DNA from: a virus
Direction: 5' to 3' (one strand)
IMG/VR virus record: IMGVR_UViG_3300045988_122291
Location: 50,076-114,075 of that record
DNA: 64,000 bases
Below are positions 24,386 through 33,429 of the stretch, in pieces (position 1 is the first letter of the stretch; each line of letters begins with the position of its first letter). The position numbers were made by a program, and so were the translations under genes. The notes under the pieces were generated by a model, which did no database searches, was not told the DNA's origin, and saw nothing but the letters and a program-made list of their open reading frames with translations.

Positions 24386-25520
24386 CCTCCTGTTCTTCTT
24401 GTGAAATACCGTAAGTTACAATAAATTCCTTTACTGCTTTAGCAAATTCGTCAATCTCAGCTTGTGTAGTAGGGTTGACACCGCCGTCAAAACTTAGGCG
24501 AATACATTCGCTTGCTTCTTTTTCAGAATAGCCAGTGTGCATCAGCACACGATACCGCCCCTCACCATCTTCACATGAACTGTGTCCTACGCCAATATAA
24601 ATCTTTTTGCTTGCAAGGAAAACTTGCAATGCGTCAGCGTATACACCGTTGATACGAAGGCATACAATATCAGTGATGTAATCTTCTGCGCCAGATAGAG
24701 CCATTGTACTGTGCTTAACACCTTGTTCAAACAGCGCGTTTCTAACGGCATTGTCCCATTCTTCTGTACAGCGATGATTATAATGCACTACACTACGCAT
24801 AAGCGCATAAGCTGTACTTGTTGCACTGTCAACGTCAGGAGTACCGATATAATCAATGCCGTTTAACCATTTATTAAATCGGTCGCTTACCCAAATGAAG
24901 CCTTGACCCTTTTCGCCGTGGAACTTGTGTGCACTTGCGATAATACAGTCACAGAAATTTTCAAGGTTCTTTGGAATATCATACTTGCCAATACTTGCGG
25001 TCATGTCGCAAACAAAGAAGCCGTTAAGTTCTCGTGCTACAGCACCAATATCGGCAACAGGGAAAACTTCACCAGTGATATTAGAAACAAGCTGACAGAA
25101 TGTGATAGGAATGCAATTACGCCACATCTTATCTTTTACAATATCTTTGTCTTTCAGTTCATCAATATTGCAAACAAAGACGCCTCTTTCGCTGTTAGCA
25201 ATACATTCGTGTTCATAGGGGGATTGAAGCAATGTGTGCCATTTAATTTTATCATTTTTGCTTTCATCTTCATCAGCGTCACTCATAGAATCGCTCCAAG
25301 CTTCTCTAATCTTATCAAATAGATACTTGAACATCACACTCGCCGTACCACCAAACACAACCTTACCAGAACTTACACCGAGAGAGCACTTTACACTGGC
25401 TTCAGCGTTAGTTAACGCTTCACGGCTTTCTTCACCATAAGGTGTATTAGTGTTCAGCCAATGACATTGATATGAAGCATATTTAGGAAAAGTGGTAGCC
25501 GCGCTATCAAGATAAATCAT
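24366..25520 (-). CDS. class V aminotransferase / cysteine desulfurase-like (NifS/IscS family)
   Basis: PLP-lysine motif SAHKFHGEKGQG; Cys loop GVGHSSCEDG; 384 aa. Confidence 0.7.
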   Translation of the reverse strand: MIYLDSAATTFPKYASYQCHWLNTNTPYGEESREALTNAEASVKCSLGVSSGKVVFGGTASVMFKYLFDKIREAWSDSMSDADEDESKNDKIKWHTLLQSPYEHECIANSERGVFVCNIDELKDKDIVKDKMWRNCIPITFCQLVSNITGEVFPVADIGAVARELNGFFVCDMTASIGKYDIPKNLENFCDCIIASAHKFHGEKGQGFIWVSDRFNKWLNGIDYIGTPDVDSATSTAYALMRSVVHYNHRCTEEWDNAVRNALFEQGVKHSTMALSGAEDYITDIVCLRINGVYADALQVFLASKKIYIGVGHSSCEDGEGRYRVLMHTGYSEKEASECIRLSFDGGVNPTTQAEIDEFAKAVKEFIVTYGISQEEQEDEDEGN

Positions 25521-25738
25521 TCGTCATCACCTCCGATATTATTATACATAGTAATAATAAGATTTCCAAGAAAACACGTTAATACATTTATTCCCCAGAA
25601 AATAACATTAAAACCGATTTCTTGAGCCGAAACATTAACTTCCTTTGGTTCACCATCCATTGCGCTGTCAGCCAGCATATAAGCCGTTTTTACACAGCCA
25701 ACGAACAGATAAATTAAAGCAAATATCCAAAGTGTCAT
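25517..25738 (-). CDS. small membrane protein (73 aa)
   Basis: Two TM helices; overlap-coupled. Confidence 0.5.
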   Translation of the reverse strand: MTLWIFALIYLFVGCVKTAYMLADSAMDGEPKEVNVSAQEIGFNVIFWGINVLTCFLGNLIITMYNNIGGDDE

Positions 25739-26097
25739 TCTGTAATTTCTCCAATCTTTGATAGTGATTTAATATGCTTGATGCCATCCTTATCAATAAA
25801 ATAAGAATAATACCAAATCTCACCATTAAGTTCATAGGTGAAAATATTGTGTGTATCGCCCCATGCGCTTGTAATGCTCTCACTGGCAATTAGCTTACCA
25901 TGATTAACAAGAAACTTAAGGTCGATATGTGGCTTAACTTGCTGTTCAGTAAGGGTAACTTCTTTTCCTCGTGTCAAAATAACTGTATAAGTAATCACAG
26001 GACTTGTCATAGTATCAGCATCAATTACAATACCGTCACCATAAATTGTTTTTACTTCCATGTTCTTTTCGTACACTGTCATCTTGTTTTCCTCCAA
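25735..26097 (-). CDS. hypothetical protein (120 aa)
   Basis: Intact same-strand ORF. Confidence 0.55.
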   Translation of the reverse strand: MEENKMTVYEKNMEVKTIYGDGIVIDADTMTSPVITYTVILTRGKEVTLTEQQVKPHIDLKFLVNHGKLIASESITSAWGDTHNIFTYELNGEIWYYSYFIDKDGIKHIKSLSKIGEITE

Positions 26098-26312
26098 ATT
26101 TTAATTCCATCAACAACAAGCCAACACACAAGTACACACCACCAAATTGTACCAAGCAGTAGCTTTGCATTCATAAAATTAACCAATGTGTAAAAGAAAC
26201 TAACGATTGTAAATATTACACACATCCACGTTGGCATTTCCATAAGATACACCTCCTTTTGATGAACAACGTTCTTATGTGTTAATGTATCATAAGAACG
26301 TTGATTTGTCAA
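26079..26312 (-). CDS. small membrane protein (77 aa)
   Basis: Two TM helices. Confidence 0.5.
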   Translation of the reverse strand: MTNQRSYDTLTHKNVVHQKEVYLMEMPTWMCVIFTIVSFFYTLVNFMNAKLLLGTIWWCVLVCWLVVDGIKIWRKTR

Positions 26313-26315
26313 GAA

Positions 26316-26714
26316 TCAATTTTTAACTGTATTCTTAGGCTTAATCTTAAACGGTTTGCCCTTTATTGCGCGACCATAACCAGAACGATAAGCGTCTACT
26401 ACCATCTTCTTTACTTCATCGTGAAAAATATCAACATCTGCTAAAAAAGTAACAATCCGCTCCATTTTTGGTTTCAACATTTTCCATACTTCTTCATCGG
26501 TGCATTCTATGAATTCAACTCCATCTTCGCAAATCCACCAACAATCATCACCCGAAGTAGTACCTTTTTCCCACTGAATCTCATAGATATAATGTTTATC
26601 TGTTTCGTCAATATCCATGATTACGCCTGTAGTGCCGTAAGGAGGATAAATCTTTGGATACATAGCGTGCCTTTCCTTGTCCGCCATTACTACATTATCG
26701 CCAACTTTAAGCAT
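26316..26714 (-). CDS. paralogue family 3 member (SH3-like N-domain + conserved C-domain)
   Basis: LKVGDNVVMADKERHAMYPKIYPPYGTTGVI ... VWKMLKPKM ... AYRSGYGRAIKGKPFKIKPK matches 30811..31974. Confidence 0.65.
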   Translation of the reverse strand: MLKVGDNVVMADKERHAMYPKIYPPYGTTGVIMDIDETDKHYIYEIQWEKGTTSGDDCWWICEDGVEFIECTDEEVWKMLKPKMERIVTFLADVDIFHDEVKKMVVDAYRSGYGRAIKGKPFKIKPKNTVKN

Positions 26715-26800
26715 AGTTATTCTCCTTTACATTTCCACCAACAAACGGCTTGTTCTTTCTTCCTCTGTTGTGCGATTGATAAGCATTTCTTTAATAAAAA

Positions 26801-26852
26801 TCTCCTTTCCTTATGTTGATATTATTGTAACACAAGGAAAGGAGAATGTCAA
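26801..26852 (-). promoter_or_regulatory. promoter nested in terminator-like hairpin (module C)
   Basis: TTGACA (26852-26847) N17 TACAAT (26829-26824); 12-bp arms 26834-26845 and 26801-12 (AAGGAAAGGAGA on the mRNA) followed by TTTTT. Confidence 0.55.
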
Positions 26853-26959
26853 GAAAAACTTATGGAATTTTTACTGATATTAAATTACCGCTAATATTTA
26901 GTGAAACAATGGTTTGTTGACATTTTCATCGCTAAAATAATGAAATTCTTGCTTCATAG

Positions 26960-27150
26960 ATTATAGCATTGTTATAATTGCTTTAGTCTTATACAATCTC
27001 CACAAGCGTAGATTATACTGTTCGGTTATGCCCTAACCTACTCGGTTATGCCCTAACCTACAGTTTATTTATAATTATTATGAATAAGCTATTTCAAGCC
27101 CTTTTTTCAAGATGTTAACACTTGCGTTAATATCTCTATCATGTTTAGTA
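26960..27150 (-). ncRNA. candidate TnpB omega/reRNA scaffold (bounds approximate)
   Basis: By analogy: TnpB guide RNAs derive from the 3' end of tnpB plus the right end of the element; no covariance model was run. Confidence 0.3.
27021..27060. repeat. tandem 20-bp direct repeat (2 copies, 19/20 identical)
   Basis: ttcggttatgccctaaccta / ctcggttatgccctaaccta, 18-57 nt downstream of the tnpB stop. Confidence 0.7.
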
Positions 27151-28187
27151 TGGCACTCAGGACACTCCCAAGTACGAACATCCAGATTCTTAACCAGAGG
27201 ATTCTTGTAACCACAGTAGCTACAAGTCTGGCTACTTGGGTACATAGTAGGGACACTGATTACCGTATTACCATACCATTCACCTTTATACTTGAGCATA
27301 GCAAAGAATTTAGACCACGAAGCACTTGCGATTGACCGCGCAAGATTATGATTACGCATCATACCTTTTACATTCAAGTCCTCTATGCAGATAGTTTGGT
27401 TTTCGCGTATCAGCATAGTTGACTGCTTTTGTAAAAAGTCATTTCTTTGATTAGTAATCTTTTCGTAGATACAAGCTAACTTAATACGTTGTTTATTACG
27501 ATTGTTAGAGCCTAATTGCTTACGAGAAAGACCGCGCTGTGCTCTAATGAGTTTACGAGCAGATTTCTCTAAAAACTTTGGATTAGGAATTTTGTTACCG
27601 TTACTATCTGTATAGAAATCTTTAATTCCCACATCAATACCAACAGTTCCATTTGCATTGTTCATAAGCTGTGGCTCAAAATCAACATTGAGAACTACGA
27701 AATATTTGCCAGACGGTGTTCTTTCAACAGTGACATTGTTAATATGCCCAACTTCCATAGATTGTTTAATTTTTATATATCCCAATTTAGGCAATCTAAT
27801 ATATTTCCCTACAATGCGAATAGTATTTACATGGTTAATCGTTCTATAAGACTGATAATTGTTATGTTTATTCTTAAATTTTGGATATTTAGACTTTTTA
27901 GCAAAGAATTTTTTATAACCTTTATCTAAATCTCTTAAAGATTGCTGCAGAGCAATAGAATCCAATTCTTTAAGAAAATTAAATTCTTCTTGTTGTTTAA
28001 GTGCCGTTAGCATGGCACAAGTTCCACTATACCCAACACTAATGCCATTTTTATAGGAATCTCTACGCATAACCAGACCTTTATTATACACAAGTCTGCA
28101 ACCGCCAAAAATTCGATTTATTAAATTTTTCTGTGTTTTATTGGGATAGACCCTGAATTTAATACCTTTTTGCATATAATTTCCCAT
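27078..28187 (-). CDS. tnpB: TnpB (IS200/IS605-family RNA-guided nuclease), no tnpA partner
   Basis: [11 protein letters not shown]-terminus; RuvC residues in GIDVGIKD and [11 protein letters not shown]; zinc finger CSYCGY...[18 protein letters not shown]. Confidence 0.9.
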   Translation of the reverse strand: MGNYMQKGIKFRVYPNKTQKNLINRIFGGCRLVYNKGLVMRRDSYKNGISVGYSGTCAMLTALKQQEEFNFLKELDSIALQQSLRDLDKGYKKFFAKKSKYPKFKNKHNNYQSYRTINHVNTIRIVGKYIRLPKLGYIKIKQSMEVGHINNVTVERTPSGKYFVVLNVDFEPQLMNNANGTVGIDVGIKDFYTDSNGNKIPNPKFLEKSARKLIRAQRGLSRKQLGSNNRNKQRIKLACIYEKITNQRNDFLQKQSTMLIRENQTICIEDLNVKGMMRNHNLARSIASASWSKFFAMLKYKGEWYGNTVISVPTMYPSSQTCSYCGYKNPLVKNLDVRTWECPECHTKHDRDINASVNILKKGLEIAYS

Positions 28188-28256
28188 ACATTATGACATA
28201 TTTCTGAATGAATTTCTTTATATAAAAGTGTGTGCGCGAGATAGTAAAACCTTTTC

Positions 28257-29114
28257 TCACATAAAAGCAGAGGTTTGAATCTTAGTAATCATGTTACTTA
28301 GAGCAACAGCAAGTTCTTGCCTTGTTACTTGCTTATTAGGATTGAACTTACCATAATTATCGCCCTGCATAACACCGTACTTTGTCACGATTTCAACAGC
28401 ATCACGCGCCCAATCATCAACATTATCCTTATCTTCATACATCGCCAGAGGGTCTTTCTTCAGATAAACACAAAATGCGTTATCCACTTTACGATTTTCA
28501 GACGGATTATTCACAACCTTGCCGTCATGCAGTTTTCTTACGCTACCACCGCCGTCAAGGTTCATAGCATAAAATGCTCGATATTGCAGAAAAATTGCAG
28601 TCATTTGCTCAAAAGTCATACCCGGTGCATCAACAGTAAGAATAAGAACACTGCCATCTTCTCTAACACCAATAGCAGTACGAGCTGTCTTGTAATTAAG
28701 AGTTTTAGCGTTTCCATAGTCCTTATTAGCTTTACCATTGATGATAAGCATGGGATAAGCTGTCATGAAGTCACGCCATTCATGGCTTGCATCCTTACCA
28801 TAGATAAGAGTCTGTGCGCCATTCCATACCGTGCCCATGCCTTCAAAGTTGTTCTTATAATTCTGCTCTTCGTACATAGAAACGAATGACATAACATTAT
28901 GTCCAGACTTCATGTTGAACAAACCGCCATTAACCATGATGTTCGGCTTCTTCTCGGCACGATTATAATAATGTTCAAGCATTTCAGTCGGTTCTGCCAG
29001 TTTAACAAAACGAACTTCGTCAATGCTTTCAATAGGGATAATATCAAGCTGTGTGTACTCATTTACACGGACAGTCTGAAAGTGTCTATATTCATTCAAA
29101 ATAAATCTCTCCAA
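28257..29114 (-). CDS. phosphodiester glycosidase (NAGPA/DUF2233) with C-terminal SLH domain
   Basis: VNGGLFNM, ARTAIGVREDGSVLILTVD, AMNLDGGGS; C-terminal DWARDAVEIVTKYGVMQGDNYGKFNPNKQVTRQELA. Confidence 0.8.
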   Translation of the reverse strand: MERFILNEYRHFQTVRVNEYTQLDIIPIESIDEVRFVKLAEPTEMLEHYYNRAEKKPNIMVNGGLFNMKSGHNVMSFVSMYEEQNYKNNFEGMGTVWNGAQTLIYGKDASHEWRDFMTAYPMLIINGKANKDYGNAKTLNYKTARTAIGVREDGSVLILTVDAPGMTFEQMTAIFLQYRAFYAMNLDGGGSVRKLHDGKVVNNPSENRKVDNAFCVYLKKDPLAMYEDKDNVDDWARDAVEIVTKYGVMQGDNYGKFNPNKQVTRQELAVALSNMITKIQTSAFM

Positions 29115-30814
29115 TCATCATTGTCAGCAAGCGACCTAACTTTGCTTTTAGGCGTAATCTCATACTGTTGAATCATAGCTTGGGGATAATAACGACCGTT
29201 CCATTCGTTTGTATAAAGGGTTACTATTGCTTCAAACGTAAACTTGTCATATTTTTCCCATTCAGCGGATTGTTCTTCGTTTAATCTAAACTTGATAAAA
29301 TCTACGCCATAAGCACTGATTTTACCTGTAGTTGTTTTCTTTCTAAATAGGCGAACCCAGTTCTGATAGCAAGTGAACTTAACATAGAATACTGGCTCAA
29401 CAACACCGCTACCTGCGCTACCCCACATATCTTTATATTCTTCACAGTTCATGCAGAGTGGAAGATTGATTTGCTGTGGAGACAACTTTGCTGTAACATC
29501 TATTGTATCACAAATCACATCATTTGTCAAGTGCGAATCGAGATATTTTAGAAGTTTTTTTAGATTGGCTTTAGGCATGATTAAGCCAGAAGCGCACTCA
29601 TGACCTTCAGCTTTGGCAAGTCGTGATTCATTGATAATATTTGCAATAGGAAATGGCGAACGCATACTACCAGAATATTGTGTGGGATTGACTGGACGTA
29701 AAATAAAAGCTGGCTTATTCACAAGTGATAGCATCTTGTTCGCTACCAGCCCAGTATAGTTAGCTTGTTCGTTCTTAATAAATCCGACAGTGGCTTTATG
29801 CTCGTTATCCATATCTTCGCTAACCTTAGACATAATCTCGTCTACAGTCTTACGTTGTTCGTTTACAGCCTTACGAAGAACGGCAATACCTTCAGCCATA
29901 TCACGTTCACCAACAAGCGATTCAAAGAAAATGCGTTTGCTTTCTTGGTCATTACTACGGCATAAGGCATTGATTGGTGGAATACAGCCGAATGAAAAGC
30001 CATGTGGGTCTGTTTCACCCTTATAATTTAGCGTTTGCACAAGTTCATTTAGTTCTGGTGCGTAGACAAGATTCTTAATTCCGTCTATAAAATACGCTCG
30101 GTTTTCAAGGCTTGTCATATTACATACATCACTAATTAGACTAACGGCGATAAAAGGTGTGTATTCTTGATAAATTTTAATCTCGGTATCTGGGTCTAAA
30201 TAAAGTTCGCCATATCGCTCAATCAGCTTAAAGGTAACACCTGTACCTGATAAGGCTGTGTTTAGCCCAGTGCCAAGATGATGATTAACCACTGTGGCGT
30301 AGTTGTTGCTTGTGGGCGTGGTTTCATGGTGGTCTACACAAATTGTATATACGCCATTTTCTTTCAGCGTCATACAAGGTTCATTGTCGCTTGACCCCGC
30401 GTCAGGAATGATTAGTAGCTTTGCGCCAGAATCAATAACTTGTTGTACTATGTTCTCGTTTGGTGCTCTCAAACCATGAGCCTTGCCTTCGTGATGAAAA
30501 ACAATAAGATTGTCTTGTGGCACGTTGAGATATTCTTTTAGAAATTTGTAAATTATTGCGCCTGAACACTGACCATCGACATCGGAGTCAACTAAAATTG
30601 CAATTTTCCCACCGTTTTCAACCGCTGTCTTAATCTCAGCGCAAGCGACATCAATGTTAGGATAATCACCAGCATAATCATAGCAATAAGCCACATCACC
30701 ATTGCCAGAGAGGTCGATATAATGCTCGACCTCTTCTTCATTTACACCGCAAGCAACAAGATATTCACGAATGAAATCTCCTGTAACCTTATTTAAGAGT
30801 GGGCGTACCTTCAT
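29096..30814 (-). CDS. DHH/DHHA1 phosphoesterase, RecJ-like exonuclease
   Basis: ILVDSDVDGQCSGAI (DxD), IIPDAGS, ICVDHHE (DHH), 572 aa. Confidence 0.75.
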   Translation of the reverse strand: MKVRPLLNKVTGDFIREYLVACGVNEEEVEHYIDLSGNGDVAYCYDYAGDYPNIDVACAEIKTAVENGGKIAILVDSDVDGQCSGAIIYKFLKEYLNVPQDNLIVFHHEGKAHGLRAPNENIVQQVIDSGAKLLIIPDAGSSDNEPCMTLKENGVYTICVDHHETTPTSNNYATVVNHHLGTGLNTALSGTGVTFKLIERYGELYLDPDTEIKIYQEYTPFIAVSLISDVCNMTSLENRAYFIDGIKNLVYAPELNELVQTLNYKGETDPHGFSFGCIPPINALCRSNDQESKRIFFESLVGERDMAEGIAVLRKAVNEQRKTVDEIMSKVSEDMDNEHKATVGFIKNEQANYTGLVANKMLSLVNKPAFILRPVNPTQYSGSMRSPFPIANIINESRLAKAEGHECASGLIMPKANLKKLLKYLDSHLTNDVICDTIDVTAKLSPQQINLPLCMNCEEYKDMWGSAGSGVVEPVFYVKFTCYQNWVRLFRKKTTTGKISAYGVDFIKFRLNEEQSAEWEKYDKFTFEAIVTLYTNEWNGRYYPQAMIQQYEITPKSKVRSLADNDDWRDLF

Positions 30815-31974
30815 ACGTTCACACCATTTACACGAAGATAATCACGAATTGGGACAAGAGCCTTAAACTTAGGGTTATAAATTTCTGAATTATACTCTGA
30901 CTTGCTAACGTCTTGTTCGAATGTCATAGACGCACAATGTTTATTGCCAAAGCACCTTACACCATTATACTTACCAATCGCCCACGGCTTGATGTCACTC
31001 AGCGCCATTAACTTATCGCCACAATATAAAGCCCTAATGCTCTTACTATCGAACTTTCCTACCGCTTTACTAAACGGAATAGCTACATACATTTCACAGT
31101 TTGGGTCGCCAATAACGTCAAAGCCGTCAGCCCACAAACCACCATCGGAATCATAAATAAAATTACTGTAAATTTCCATGCCTTGCTCACCATGAAAAGC
31201 GTGGTCAAATCCAGATACTGTATAGCTATTATCAAGGTCTGCATAAATTGTGACAATCATCTTGCCACCAAGTACATCATCAATCAACTTTTCAATGCTC
31301 GGCTTCTCATCCACCTTCGGCTTAATCATAAAGCTACGACCCTTGGTAGCGCGACCATATCCAGAGCGATATGCGGCGACAACCATGTTCTTGACAATAG
31401 GAGAATACATATCAAGATTTTCAATATGGGCTGGAACAAGCTGTCTCATCTTTGGCTTTAGCATTTCCCACACTTCGTCATCGGTGTATTCGCAAAGTTT
31501 AATATCTTTTTCTTCACACCACCATGCTTTTTTTGCTGCATAATTACCGTTGATATTCACGCCTTCAGCTTCGCCCCAGTCAACCAATACATCGCCATCA
31601 TCTTTATCTTTATCTTTGATAATGCCGACAGACCCAACGGCAGGATAAAATTGACTCAATCTCTTATGCTTGTCACCATTGGTGAAAACAACCTTATCAC
31701 CAATATTAAATTTATTCATATTACAAACTTCCTTTTGTGTATTTGCATTAACTTTTTCCAGTTTCTTTGCGGTACACCACCAAGCATATTTATCTTCAGA
31801 AATATTCCAATCTACTCCCGAATCTTGACCCCAATCAACAAGAACAACTTCACCACTGGACGCACACTGAACCACGACACCAATACTGCCCTTTGCAGGA
31901 AATTTTTTTGGACAGTACTCATGATGTTCTTTATCCTTCATCATTACTTCATCACCAACATTAAACTTACTCAT
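30811..31974 (-). CDS. paralogue family 3 member with two SH3-like repeats (387 aa)
   Basis: FNVGDEVMMKDKEHHEYCPKKFPAKGSIGVV and FNIGDKVVFTNGDKHKRLSQFYPAVGSVGII; VWEMLKPKM...AYRSGYGRATKGRSFMIKPK. Confidence 0.65.
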   Translation of the reverse strand: MSKFNVGDEVMMKDKEHHEYCPKKFPAKGSIGVVVQCASSGEVVLVDWGQDSGVDWNISEDKYAWWCTAKKLEKVNANTQKEVCNMNKFNIGDKVVFTNGDKHKRLSQFYPAVGSVGIIKDKDKDDGDVLVDWGEAEGVNINGNYAAKKAWWCEEKDIKLCEYTDDEVWEMLKPKMRQLVPAHIENLDMYSPIVKNMVVAAYRSGYGRATKGRSFMIKPKVDEKPSIEKLIDDVLGGKMIVTIYADLDNSYTVSGFDHAFHGEQGMEIYSNFIYDSDGGLWADGFDVIGDPNCEMYVAIPFSKAVGKFDSKSIRALYCGDKLMALSDIKPWAIGKYNGVRCFGNKHCASMTFEQDVSKSEYNSEIYNPKFKALVPIRDYLRVNGVNV

Positions 31975-32390
31975 GCAAATTTCTCCTTTAGATATTTAAT
32001 AATTTCTTCTTCACTATAATCATCTTGCACCCAAATTTTATAATTATCTGCATATAAACGCAAGCAATCACCATTTTGTGCGAATATAAAAAAATCTTCT
32101 ATCACGGTCGAAAATCTCATGTGACTGAAATAACTTTTAAGCCAATAAATATTGCCATCAATAAAAGGCAGAAAACCAATTTCGCAATCTCTGAGAATTT
32201 TGTTACACTTATCAGTAAAATCATCAGTGGAAAGAATGTATTTGTTGTTAATATGGTGTACAACACCATCCATATCTTGTACATAACACATGGTATCTTC
32301 TTTCATAGGGTCTGTACAAAGATAATTAAACATTTTTCCAAAGTTTATACCATAAGCATCAACGTTAATCACTTTGTCTTTATATTCCAT
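31971..32390 (-). CDS. hypothetical protein (139 aa)
   Basis: Intact ORF, overlap-coupled. Confidence 0.55.
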   Translation of the reverse strand: MEYKDKVINVDAYGINFGKMFNYLCTDPMKEDTMCYVQDMDGVVHHINNKYILSTDDFTDKCNKILRDCEIGFLPFIDGNIYWLKSYFSHMRFSTVIEDFFIFAQNGDCLRLYADNYKIWVQDDYSEEEIIKYLKEKFA

Positions 32391-32423
32391 AATATCACCT
32401 CTAATAATTATATTATTATTTAT

Positions 32424-32858
32424 TTATTCATCGTCAAGGTCTTGAGGATTTTCATGAAAATTTTCTCTTAAAAACTGGTCAAGGCGCTGTGCATACATAC
32501 TTGTTTCGGTTTTATAACCAATCACCCAAGTAGCGCCATTAGAATCAATAGCCCTGCTCCAAGTACCGTCTTTAGTCCAGAACATTGCTTCGTTGAAATT
32601 TTCATCAAAACCAACTTTCTCGAAAACAGAAGGCGCGTGGGGGAAAGAATGCTCAACACTTTCCCACACAAGAGCCAAACCATGAAGCCAATCATTACAC
32701 TTTTCAATAAAATAATCAGCTTCCACTACATCACTGTCATCGGGGTAATAAGCACTGCCATCCGAAGCAACAAAACGACAATTCCCAAAAGTATCTGTTG
32801 TCATTTCACCAATTTTACCAAATACCAGCTCATCTTTACCAATGTAAACACATTTCAT
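32424..32858 (-). CDS. hypothetical protein (144 aa)
   Basis: Intact ORF behind AAAGGAGAT SD. Confidence 0.55.
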   Translation of the reverse strand: MKCVYIGKDELVFGKIGEMTTDTFGNCRFVASDGSAYYPDDSDVVEADYFIEKCNDWLHGLALVWESVEHSFPHAPSVFEKVGFDENFNEAMFWTKDGTWSRAIDSNGATWVIGYKTETSMYAQRLDQFLRENFHENPQDLDDE

Positions 32859-32865
32859 AATAAAA

Positions 32866-32914
32866 ATCTCCTTTCTTATGATAAGAGTATATCACAAGAA
32901 AGGAGATATGTCAA
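32866..32914 (-). promoter_or_regulatory. promoter nested in terminator-like hairpin (module D)
   Basis: TTGACA (32914-32909) N17 TATACT (32891-32886); 12-bp arms 32896-32907 (anti-SD, in spacer) and 32866-32877 (SD AAGAAAGGAGAT) followed by TTTTATT ATG. Confidence 0.6.
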
Positions 32915-32931
32915 CATTATTTATAAAATTT

Positions 32932-33312
32932 TTATTCCAAAAATCCAAAAGTTAAAGATTTTAATAAACCAAAAGAAGAAGTTCCTGCTATATGTTGTTT
33001 CTCCCAATATATATCGTCATCATCACGTGTCCGGAAGCGGTAAAATTTAATACTTTCATAAATTGAATCATTTTCACCCAAAAGTTCAAAAGAACCACCT
33101 ACACTGAATGAATTTATAGACAGATAAGTATATGCTATTCCTGTTGGTTGTTGCATACCTATTCTTAGCGTATATTTATAAAATCTTCCAACCAAATCAT
33201 AATATCTTAATTCATACGGAGAGTTGTCATTCGCAACATCCCATACAGCAACTTCGTTAAATACCAAACTTCCGGCTGGCTTTTCCATTTTACCAGAGAT
33301 AATTGCGTTCAT
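32932..33312 (-). CDS. MNGIVTGK-family paralogue P8 (126 aa)
   Basis: MNAIISGKMEKPAGSLVFNE ... SLTFGFLE. Confidence 0.7.
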   Translation of the reverse strand: MNAIISGKMEKPAGSLVFNEVAVWDVANDNSPYELRYYDLVGRFYKYTLRIGMQQPTGIAYTYLSINSFSVGGSFELLGENDSIYESIKFYRFRTRDDDDIYWEKQHIAGTSSFGLLKSLTFGFLE

Positions 33313-33429
33313 GCAATCACCTCCTTACTGCTTACAGCGTTAAGCCGTATGCCCCCCCCAAGTGGAAACAAAGTTTACTAATTTAAACATAAAAATGCCC
33401 TCCTTTAATTTATGTTATGAGGAAAATCC
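33313..33429 (-). promoter_or_regulatory. poly-G uORF leader L7
   Basis: SD GGAGGG + uORF 33390..33340 (MFKLVNFVSTWGGHTA*). G8 tract 33352-33359. The current frame stops 27 nt before the P8 ATG; the G7/G10 frame is open to the TGA overlapping ATGA. Confidence 0.6.

Noticed and set aside
27021-27060. Possible CRISPR-like repeat.
   Set aside because: There are only two adjacent copies, with no spacers and no cas genes. It sits at the TnpB right-end region, so it is treated as a tandem duplication.
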